A stretch of DNA of 64,000 nucleotides, from positions 4,855,454 through 4,919,453 of the forward strand of contig NW_002060946.1 of NCBI RefSeq assembly GCF_000150275.1, given 5' to 3'. A program made the position numbers and the translations under genes. The notes below the pieces were generated by a model. The model searched no databases. It was not told the origin of the DNA and was given only the letters and a program-made list of their open reading frames with translations. This document shows, one piece after another, positions 26,204 through 37,900 of the stretch (positions are counted from its first letter, which is position 1; each line of letters opens with the position of its first letter). Source of the DNA: Trichoplax adhaerens (taxonomy: Eukaryota; Animalia; Placozoa).

Positions 26204-27485
26204 TCTGACTGGAAATCTGAAATGCACACCAGGTCTGGGGACTAGTGACCTGGGCCAACCGGTAGTACTGTCTCTAGTTGATACCGACTGACATTGGTTA
26301 CGACATCAAACATTAATTTATTATATATATATTGCGCGTTACATTTATACATATTATAAGAGAATATACGCGTATATCACAGTTGTACAGTGAATTTTAA
26401 CTTAGATACAGTAGGAAAATTTAATTTGAGAGAAATTTATTTTACTTAATCATAAGTGCGTATTACAAGTCCTTTAAGTATGAGTACAGTTACACTGCAG
26501 TATTCTTGTAATGAGGAGAACACTTTATTTTTAGACATAAAAATCAGAATGGAATAGATGGGGGGGGGGATCAAGTCCAATAGTCTTGCACTGCCAACGT
26601 TAACATTATTAACTGGTACCGTAACCAACAAAGATCAAGGATCAAGACTAAACTTGTTATTACGCTTGCGAATAGAAAGCTGCGCCATAGATTACTTACT
26701 AAATATCTAGTATTTAGTAGTCCATGATTATGCGTACTCTATTTGATTATCAGGGGAAAGCTAATCGAAGTGTCCTTTTCTGCAAAACGTGAGTAGTTAG
26801 TGACTTGCTATAATAGTAAAACTCACGACTACTACTTGCCAGGATATTTTTCTCAGCATAGTAAGTCAGTAGCTATAATATCCTTATTGCCCTGTCATCG
26901 AACAATTTCTATCTTCGCTAGAGTAACCTATGCTTATCGTTGCTAGTCTAAATACTGGCCATTTAACCGTAGCCTTTTATAACGATCATGCTATCCAGTG
27001 TCAATAAATATTGTGCATATACGAGATCAGAATGAGTATTAAAAGGCATCAACTGTACGTATAAACAACCACAGTATACAGTACTTCGATCTTAAGAAGA
27101 GTACTACTATTAAACTATCAACAATAGGATTGTATGGAGCACTGGTAAGCAGTGGTGTTGTGGTCAATCGCACATACCTTCTGTGAGTAAAATAAACATG
27201 CTCATACCGATCCAATTATGTACGCTACATTCCGTACACAACACGCGTATAGTACTGTATACGCAGTAGACTGATTTATAATAGTAGGAAAAGCGCTTTA
27301 TTTTCGTCGAAATTACAGGATTGTACTACATTATATGGGAACTACTAATAACATTTCGGGTTAATCTATTGCAGTAAATGAATACGACAGAAGAGGAGAA
27401 AGTTATGAAGCCTCATTTATGGATTATCAAATGAAATAATCATCAGACAACTTAGTACTATGTATTGATTTCTTTAGTTATGCTC

Positions 27486-30400
27486 TTAAAGTAGACCACA
27501 GTCTGCGATCTTGATCTTCTTCTTAGTTTTACCAGAGCTTGATCCAAACGATTCCATAGTAGAAATGACATCGTGGCCGTCAACTATCTTTCCAAATACA
27601 ACATGCTTTCCGTCCAACCTGGAGGGAAAAGATGACTTTTAAATTCAAACTAATAAATCGTTTAAACTGCTACAACAGTTTATAACTTACCATTCAGTTT
27701 TAACCGTACAAATAAAGAATTGAGAGCCGTTCGTATTTTTACCAGCATTAGCCATAGATAGGATACCTTACAAAAATAAAAATATGGTTTGCTTAATAAA
27801 AACTATTTAGTCCGCAAGTGAAAAGTTTGTAAAGAAACAATACCAGGGCCAGTATGCTTCAAACTGAAGTTTTCATCTTCGAAGCGGTTTCCATAGATTG
27901 ATTTACCACCTGTACCATCGCCTCTGGTGAAGTCACCTCCCTTTATCAAGAAAACAACGTTTTATCGTAAATAACAGAATAATACTATGTTTACTTATTC
28001 AAGTCTTGTTCACCCACCAAAATTACTTAGCTACTAACAGTTTTATTACATTACATTAATGGTAGGGTCTGCCTTGATAAGTTATATTGATCATACCACT
28101 ATATCAAAGCACCCACTGTGACTTCATCTGCTAAGTGTAATCTTTCATATGCATTGGTTCGCATGCTAACAATATATAACGCAATACCAAAATATACCTG
28201 GCACATGAAATTGGGAATGATACGATGAAAAACACTGCCTTTATATCCAAATCCTTTTTCACCAGTGCATAAAGCCCGGAAATTTTCTGACAAAAAATAG
28301 CATATTTCATTTTAAATCAAGAGATGAGCATGGCTGTTTATACTACTGTAAGCTAGTGGATTATTCAATCACTTACCAGCAGTCTTTGGAACGACGTCGG
28401 ACCTTAGCTACAATAGTAAATGTAGAATTTAGTACCATATTAGTATATATATATATATATATTCTACTTTTAAATCTACTTTTATGCTGTAGGCTTCGCT
28501 TGAACATACTATTCATTATTCATATGGCCAATATGAAACAGTAATACAGTATGATTATTTAATCGAACATTGATAATAAATAAATTAACAGTATTTGATT
28601 CATAATTTGAATACATTTTTATACTATATCATTATATCCCGTTATTATCTGCACTAAGGTTCTGTGAAATGTCCATTTCTACTGCATAATTCGACCTGAA
28701 AATTTGTCCATTTTTTTCTCAGAACTGGAATCTACACTGGTGCTGCCCATTTCATACCCAGTGTCTCATGATACTGTATCACTGACTTGAGACATTTCAG
28801 TCAATCTCATGTGAGACATTGAATAAAACCGAATCAGTCTTGTTATATAGTACAGTAGCATGTCGTAGTTATTACCAAGAACCACTTCCATTTTCTTCCT
28901 ATCACTATGGGAACCGCGAAAAAAAAATATGTACCATTGACTGTAACCAGAGACTACTCCAGTAAGAATCTGGCCTATGGTTAAGATGTGGTCCGGTATG
29001 GTCCGGAAACTGAATGTACGGTACCGTCCTGTATTGTCCTATTGGGCCATGCTACTGTATTTTCAGTATGACTGACGCTGAGGGGAGTACTGTACATTGT
29101 ACTGTAAAGTACAGTACAACTGTACCGTTTTTCTTTGATCTCCGTACTGTAGAAGAAATACCCTCTACTCGCACAGTATGACGGTCCACAGTTCCTTTTT
29201 GACAGTAGCTTTGCACTCGTGTGTGACTCAGGTCAGTCAGGTGAATTGAATATTAATATGATTTCAATGGAGATTGAGGTCATCACACTGTGTCAGTGTG
29301 TTGATACGTACTGTACGTACACACAGTCCAGTACTCTCTGAGCCGTATGGCCATCTTTTGCCTCTCTCTTTTACAGTGATGACCACGTTGCGTTATTTGC
29401 AAAGACTCCCTAGTGAGTTTAATTTCAAAGCCTGCTAACTGAATACTACAGTATATAATATACATATGCAGTTGTGAATAGCTTGCCAAGACAAGTTATT
29501 ATTCTACAATAAAAAAAAAGGAAAAAAAATGGACGGAGCTAGAAAGTAGACACAAGTCTGTTTGATAATGCATGATTGGTGTCGTTGACTTACTGACTAT
29601 GAGCTCTATTGTTCATTGCTACTCTAGTAAAATTGAAAATTATTTCAATGTTGGTTGCTTAGTTCCTGCTACCATATTGTATCGGATTAATTCCACTTAT
29701 CAATCTACTTAATCGGTCACTTCAACATCACATCGATCCCAAGAGGAAAGTCCATACTTATGCAATACTCTACTCTATACTTTTATTTACTGTATATTAC
29801 AATTGATTTATTTTGCTCTAACAGTCAAGGTTATTGCTTACTGCGTTACCCTTTTATTCTTTCCGTACCCTATCATGTCAGGGCATAACTATCTACATTG
29901 ACGTCAAAAACGCATGAAGAATTCACGCCTCTTGCAAGCCTCAATAGCTCCTAAAAACTGAAGTACTAATCACAGTTTCTAATATCAAGTTGATAGAATT
30001 CGTTGCTAAAGCTAAAACCTTTATCTCTTTTATTTTATTCAAGTGTAACTTTCCGTATACAGTATATTGCAGTTTGTTCTCAACTGCACGCTAAAGTACA
30101 GGACTGTGTCAAAAATTGGATTCTTTGTCTACAAATTTATTGATAGTATTTCATCAAGAGCAAAAATAGCCAACACTGTAATCATTTTATCCTAAAAAAA
30201 GATATTTTTCTGAATATCCAATTCATTCAATTTTCAGATCATTTGTTGGAGACAATTTGCTGACAAAAAATACCGTAGTACTGTACCAGGTCACAGGACA
30301 AAGCTGCAGACAACTCCAGTAGTACACTGAAGTTGATCGGTACATGAACCAGATACAACACTCGACGTAAGTCTAGTGTTGCTGTGGCCTGTTCAGCAAG

Positions 30401-31143
30401 GCTGATTATAGGAACGCATCCGCAAACAGAATTTTCCAACGACACTTTACCGTCATGCCGCTAGTAGTACAACATATGAACATAGAACACTCCATTCGAT
30501 CCCACCTCCAATAGTACCTTTACTGTATGTTACACAACTGTAGCAAGGAAGCGTTTTAAAAGCGCCTGATGAATTTTCACGAGCAATAGCGCGTATTAAA
30601 ACACGTTATTACAGTATTTCTGTATGCGAATTCACAAAATCGATATTGACCGAATCAAAAGGTACCGCACAGCATTACTAACCAGCAATAGTTTGATACT
30701 GTACGATTTCAATCTCCGAGCTCATACTACAGTATAAATGCTAGCTTTCAAAACAATTTTGTACACGAGCATTACAGTAGTTGCCGGCTCTGAAAGCGTA
30801 GCTATAAAATCTTAGAAATAATGGAAGTCTGCAGGATAGTAAGGTAACCCCCAATTTTCTATGGAACAGATTCCTGGACGATAATCACTTTGCCTAATAG
30901 ACTGTCCGTGTTGAAGCGCTTCAAAGCGCTCAAGATGATTAAATGACGGCAAACCGATGACCCACAACATTGTAAAACAGTAAACAGAACTAGTAGCCAG
31001 TAGTGACCAGTACTATGGCATTATGGCCATAATTAGCAATTACGGTTCAACTTGATGCATTTATTTTTTCATACCTCAACAATAAAACGACCAATTGATT
31101 TTCCATCGGCCTCAATATCAAAAAAGCAGCGTGGGAGAGACAT
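27486..31143 (-). CDS. Single-domain cyclophilin peptidyl-prolyl isomerase (PPIA/PPIF type), 164 aa from the ATG at 31143
   Basis: Exons: 31143-31075 ([23 protein letters not shown]), 28407-28377 ([10 protein letters not shown]), 28286-28198 ([30 protein letters not shown]), 27940-27844 ([17 protein letters not shown]), 27766-27691 ([19 protein letters not shown]), 27618-27486 ([10 protein letters not shown]...IADCGLL*). Sizes 69/31/89/97/76/133. The catalytic Arg and cyclosporin-binding Trp are present. Candidate poly(A) signal at 27297-27302. Confidence 0.96.
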
Positions 31144-31329
31144 TTTCGAATTGTTTCCAATATTACAGTACACTTTTAGATGGTAAGATATGTTCTTTTT
31201 TCGAGGCCTTTGAACGTACGCACGAACTAGCCTTGGCTTGAAAAAGTTTTCTGAGTGGTCTGTTGAACTGTATCTTGTATCCGTGATGCTGAAGCCGATT
31301 CTGATACAACCCGTATTTGTCCGTTAGTC

Positions 31330-33130
31330 TAGACGTCTGTACTCTACACGGCATGCTCTACAGTCTACAGTATATCTATACAGTACAGTGGAAAAGGAAA
31401 AAGTTGTCTGAAATTGCAACTCTGTACGCTGTGCAGTACAGTACAGTACTGTACTGTACAATTTCTCCACAGAAAAGTTGGCACTTTTGGGCCACCGTAT
31501 TGTACTGTACGTATAGTACTGTAGACCAGGGACTACAGTACTGTACTGTACTATACTGTACGCCGGTACGGTACAGTTACTAGTTGTGCTCAACCCCCCA
31601 AATTTCCCTCCTTCCTCACCGTCCCTTACGACGACTGCTTTCTCCGGCTTTCCATTATTACAGTTACTGTGCTGTTGCTGAAATTTTTTTGTTGAGTAGT
31701 CCCTAGTGTACACTACTGTACGTACACTGTCATTACAGTACTGTACATGTGGACTGACAGGTCTAAGTACTGTACAATAGAAAAAACCTACTAGTAGCTC
31801 TTTTCTACTACACCTGTTCGGCGGAGACCTTAAAGCTACTGCTCATTGGAAGCGTGGTCTTGTGGATAATCATGTGACTTCTTATTTCTAGATACTGTAC
31901 CGTACCGTGATACCGTAGAACACACAGTACAGTACTGTACGCATGTGATTAATTTCGACCTAGTGTACAGTACGGTACAGACAGTTAGGTATCCGCTTAA
32001 CGCTTAATACCCATGCCTAAGTACAGTACAGTACGTACAGCAAGATAAAACGGTACATAATTTAATGCGTAATTTTTATAGCAAAATCCATCCAATTTTA
32101 TGAGTGGATAGAGGCAGATCCGATCAACATGTTTTATCGATTGATATCAATTTGACGTAAAATTGATTATTGGGGAATTGATTAATTAATTATGAAGTAT
32201 TCTATTTCATTTTTCATAATCTAGTACCAAATTAATCACCCCGCTACGTTACAGTACTGTACTAAGAGATGATGCAGTGCAGTACAGTATAGCGGTAGGG
32301 TACTGAAACTTGTACCAAGGCGTAAAAATGTCGATACCGTTATTCAGTCGGTCAGTTCCGAGCCGACCTTGATCGAATAGCTCAAAAATTGGCTTACACC
32401 AACTGCCTGTACATGTCAAACTATAGTACTGCTAACTAGTGCAGTATTTTGTGCATCTCAATGATGTGATGCTTCAACTAGTCCACTATGCTGTACAGAA
32501 CAGTAGTAATATGCAATTGAGATTTTGTCGATATTCTGCAATGGGGTAACGAATGATTGTAAGTAGTTTTGATATTTTCCGATACCACTACTGTAATGAG
32601 TTTAGTAGTTCTATAGCACACCCCCCTCTCACTTCTCCCAGAGAAAATTGATTAGTTTATAGCTAGTTTAGTTTTTAGAATTTTAGTACTACTGTACAGA
32701 TACAGAAGCTTTTTTACAAGATCAGCTACTCACTGTAATCGTACTGTAAACTCTAATTTGTGCAGTTCAGTGCAGTACCGTATCCTGTATTAGTGACAAA
32801 GTGTTACCAGTTCTATCGCTGATGCCTGATAAAGTACGAAAACCTGTGCCAATAGATATTGTAGGTTTTAATTATCTATAGTACAGTTAAATATTGTAAA
32901 ATGAAAAGTGCGAGTACACAAAGTATACCGAGCGTGAGTTCTACTTGTAATATATATATAGGGAAATATATATATATATAATTAGGTTAGGGTTAGTTCT
33001 ACAGTACAGTAGTCCATGCAGTCTGTATAAACAGACTTATACCACAGGCTACTAAAGAAGGAACACTAGCACTGCTTGTATACAACTAACATTTCCAAAG
33101 TACTAAGATTAGTCCAGTACCTACAGTATA
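31330..33130. repeat. Island of TACAG/CTGTA pentamer repeats and palindromes upstream of the cyclophilin gene
   Basis: Dense TACAGTA/TACTGTA, including the perfect 24-nt palindrome GTACAGTACAGTACTGTACTGTAC at 31436-31459. Confidence 0.75.
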
Positions 33131-34917
33131 GTATGACATAGAATAGCTATGTTAGGACCATAAGGAAGAACTACAATGGTTAGGACTTCCAAGTGTTAGG
33201 AAGACTTGCTGTAGATTCTGCAGACGCCCTAAAACGCCGAGAGTCTTTAAAGGAAGGGATTATCTATGAGAATTTCTCATAAGAGGTTGAAAAAAATACT
33301 TCAACAAGTTCGATAAAGTGTGACGTTTATAAAAACATTACAAACTCTTTCTGTTGAAAATAAAATTCAAACTTTTAATCCATTCTTACAAAGTGATTTC
33401 GTATCAAATTTAACAAGTTCGGCTATTCATAACATGAATTAAAAATTAATACCAGAATTGGAAGGACGTTTCAATCTGGTACTAATAACGAGATGAGTAG
33501 TTGCAATTAAGTCATAATCATAAATTAGTAAATTCATTTAAATGTTACTATTTTATGTATAACATAGATACTATTTGTAAAAAATTAGCCCAGAGTAGTG
33601 ATTATAGTCCATATACTGTATATGATAGCATCAATACAAAAATTTAAGTTGGATTCTCTCAAGGATTTCATATTACATACAAATTTTACTTGAATAGCAT
33701 CCAAAAACAAATAAATAGTCAGATAATTCGAAACAAAGACATACATACGTCAAATATAAAAATGATAAAGAGCGCTTTCGGTATTGGAGTATTAATGTAT
33801 TTATATCAGATATTAATTCAGATAATCAAAACCATGTTACTAATTCAGTAAAATGCGTTCGCTTAATTAACTACATAGAAATCGAAGGAATATCGGCAAT
33901 GATTATCCTAAAAGCCGGCTTTATAAGACTCATCGACATGGTGAGTTCAGCTCAGTAGACAAGCCAATTTACCATACCTTGAAGTATATATTCTAAAACT
34001 GAATGTAGATGTTAAGAATTATCATTTCAATTATCATTGATCTCATCTCAATGATGATAGTATGCATCCAATACAGCTTTTAGTAGATACATGATAACAT
34101 CATATTTTAACATCAAGAAACACATGGGTTACTTATTTAATAATAGCCCGTTATAAAATCATCGTAACATAATTGAAATAAATTAAGTATTATACAGTAA
34201 AGCAGCCTTAGCCACTACCATAAAAATGCAATTAACATATAAATATTTCGGAAGATCATTCTAAGCAACGAATTCTATGTTATCAAACAATATCGTACTT
34301 AGCTATTTACAGTAGTTAATTTTATGGCAATGCAATACACCCATAACTTATATAAACAAATTCAGATAGAGTTTGAAACCTAGTAGCAATTACGTACATA
34401 AAATCGTTGTACTAGAATAGATAAATGCAGATGGGTAACAAAGTACTGAAAAATATTATCAATAAAAATTACACATGTAACCGCATTAAACCGCTCAAAT
34501 AGGTAATAATTAAATCAGATAATACTAAGCTACTATCAAAATAATTAGATATCTATCTTAACATTAACATAGAGACTAAATTTAATAGAATGTTAAAAAA
34601 CAGATAACAGTAATCGCTATACTGTCCTGATCGAATATAGCTTCTGTCGAGGCTAAAGCTCATCATGTATCTACATTACCCATTTCCAAGGGCTGAGCTA
34701 TTTGTAAGTGTATATTCTCTTCGGTAACAAATCTGATAACTATGCTATTTAAATCAAGCTATATTTTTATCGTATATCAACGCAGCGTTTTAATTAGTAC
34801 AACAGCTGCTGATTAAATTTAAACCATATCTATTAAATCCTTATCAATTAGATTTATGTTTGATTGTTAATGGAGGTTTTCTCCATAAAGATATATTTAA
34901 CCAAACGAACCATAAAT

Positions 34918-37900
34918 TTATATGTTGTTTTGCTGGTAACTGACGCGCCATACCGGCTTACGTTGTTCTTCTTCAATTGAGGTAATAAGGCTATCGTACA
35001 TTACCGCAATATTACCTTTATCCAAAATGACTGCAATGGTTGGAGATTAAAGAAAAGTCAATTATATATTTTTGTCTTGCGTTCGATAAAACACCTTACA
35101 AATAAGCCGTTACTAAACAATCTAAGCGTTAATATCTGTAGTTATAAAATCGTATGTACTATAAAGCTCTTACGAACTCGTTACATTAAAGTATGAATGA
35201 TCTTAAAGTTACAGTCGAAATATAGTAACTTTCAATTTCATACGTTTGTAAATTGTGTCCTCGACATCGCTCCAAAAGGATATTTACTTATTATTAACAT
35301 ATCTTTATTGATAGCTAAGGTATTTCTAATATAAGGTTGCATTACAATTCGAAGTTAACTTTCAAAATATTATTGCACTTCGCAATTTTAAAATATGAAA
35401 TACAGTAGAGCTGTCTGAGACTGTCCTGTACTAAATTTTGATCATATCATATCACCATCAATAGTAGTATCGTATTTTCAAATAAGAATTAAACTACTAT
35501 TTTTAATGTTTTGCAAAAAACAATTACTTTCATTGAGATATTGCAGAGCTTATGTATCGCTATAAGTACCACTGTATTGTAATTACCTGAAAACTTATCT
35601 TGGTAGTCTTGCTCAATTTTTAACATGGCATCGTAGATATCTTTAGCTTGTTTACTAGAATATTTTTCTGACTTGAAACGAAGATCCTTTTGCTCTCTTT
35701 AAAAAAAATGTCAAACTTTCGTTAGATTTCACACTCCTCTAAGTTACAACTAAATCTATTGGGAGATATGATCATTTATAATACATGCCTTATCTGCTTA
35801 ACGGATTTAAACTTTAAAAGTATAACAATCGGATACAAATCCCAACTTTCAGCACGTTCAATTGCAGAAGGTGATAATTCAAGGATACAGTGTTTTTTTT
35901 CCTGAGCAAAACAATACAAGCAATAAAGAATGTTAATACTTGGATATCACAATCTTTACAGATATCTACAAATGCATTGTAATAGAAATCGAACTTACTT
36001 CTTCTGCAACTGTTTTTATAGCTGTCGTTCTAAGGCAGTTGAACGAACCATCATCTATTTGTTCGTAATCTAATACGCTCTGATCTTCTAATCCTCTTTC
36101 TATAACCTGTATTGTGGTCTTTTGATTCTCTATTATAGATGTGACCAGTCAAATAAGTCTGTCGGTCAACATACATCACATGCCATAATACAACATTCAC
36201 TCTATTTTATTTATACAAAGTAAAAAGCTCCCGACCTGTTATCGAGATCAACAACTTACCAATTTTAGCACACTGATATTTATCTGGATAATCGTCAATT
36301 AGACGATTGGCTACCGCCTTTGCGTACGGTCCGAAAAGGACAATTGGCCGTGGATATTCCGCTAAAAGTAGAGCAAACATAAATAAAAATTGTAATCTTT
36401 CAGACATGAGTAAGGTTTTTCAATGAAAAACACGCACAAATAGTAAAAATATTCTACAGTAGTGTTGATTAATTTCATAGTTTCGTAAAATTTTATTCTT
36501 ACATAGATATCGATCGATTTTTTCGTACGGAAAGATTTCTTGTACAGTTTGTGAATCTCCTTGCGTAACAGTACTATCCCGATTTAAATTACTGCTGTTT
36601 ATCTTATCTTGAGTTTTTTTCCGACGAAAAAAGTTGCGCTTATTGTTGATAAAACTAGAACGTTTTGATGATTTACTTTCCTCTTCCATCGCATTGTCAA
36701 CTAGTTGATACTGACTCGAGTCATCAATCCTTCAGTAATTAAAGTACACAAAGCATAGACCGTCGTGCATTAGAGTCTATTCAAAGATAATTAAAATTTT
36801 ACAAACCATTTGCTGTAGACAAAATGAAGTTATTAGATCTCGTGTAGACAGAGTCGCCACTAAAATTAAAAATTGCAACTAATCTGTTAATATATTAAGA
36901 TCTAACTTATCTACTATAACTAGATGTTATATTATTCGAGAAGCTAGAGCTAATTTCATTTTCTTCCAGCGTAAGCTTTAAAGATCTTTAATTAGCATAA
37001 ATATTATACGCGTATTCACTACCCTCTTTATCATAATAAGCAAGATCGCATCACGTATGCAATTTAGTAGAAAAAGAAATGGGGTATACCTTGCAATCAA
37101 ATCTAACATTATACTAAACTTACTTACTATAAAATGTTCACGTCGTGATCTATATCAGTTTTTCACACTACGATAATAATACGGGCAACGTATGTACAAG
37201 ACAGTACCACGCCAATAGCGGTAACAAAGAGTAAGATTATAAAACAAATTTTTTTAAATTACCTTATTTTGCTAGGTATTTTTCCAGTTTTTCTATAAGC
37301 GAATCGTTCATCTGCTATTATCGTCGCTTTCCAAGAGCCAATCTTATTTCCGTAAAGAGTATCCGTAATATGTAAGACATCACCCCTTCGAAAACTTAAT
37401 TCACCAGAGTCCCCGCTATTATAATTAAATAAAGCCCTATACGCACAATTGTCAGAAGCTTTTAGACTCATTAATTTGGATGAGATAGAATCACATCTAA
37501 CTTTACCTAACATAAAATGAATCCTTCATTTGCTGTTCTTCAACAATACGATGTTCTAAAAGATTAATTATTTTCAAAATTACATTTTCATTAATATTTT
37601 AAATAGTACTTCGAAATATTCGAATTGGTAGCATTGAAAACGCAATATACTTTGCGCTACTAATAGTGAAACATCTTGGTAACGTTTCCTGTAGCGTAAA
37701 GTATGTTATAATAATTATATTGCCACACTGTGTAGTTTGCGGCTAATTTCTTAGAACTTTAGCTAAACTTTTTAGAGAAAAAAACTTGATCTAATTGACT
37801 TACTCTGTGGACAATGAGCAACAATAAACGAGTTATTTTCAGGTAATCGAGCAAGTTCACGGATAGCGCGTTCAATGGTTAAATTTCTAAAGTCTATTTT

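Noticed and set aside
31317-31713. 88-aa and 129-aa ORFs upstream of cyclophilin
   Set aside because: Largely products of the TACAG/CTGTA repeats (YCTV, VQYS); non-ATG starts.
32808-32871. Candidate upstream cyclophilin exon (KPTISIGTGFRTLSGISDRT)
   Set aside because: In-frame TAA immediately upstream, and no ATG or usable acceptor in that frame.
32982-32996. TTAGGTTAGGGTTAG telomere-like motif
   Set aside because: Only about 2.5 imperfect units.
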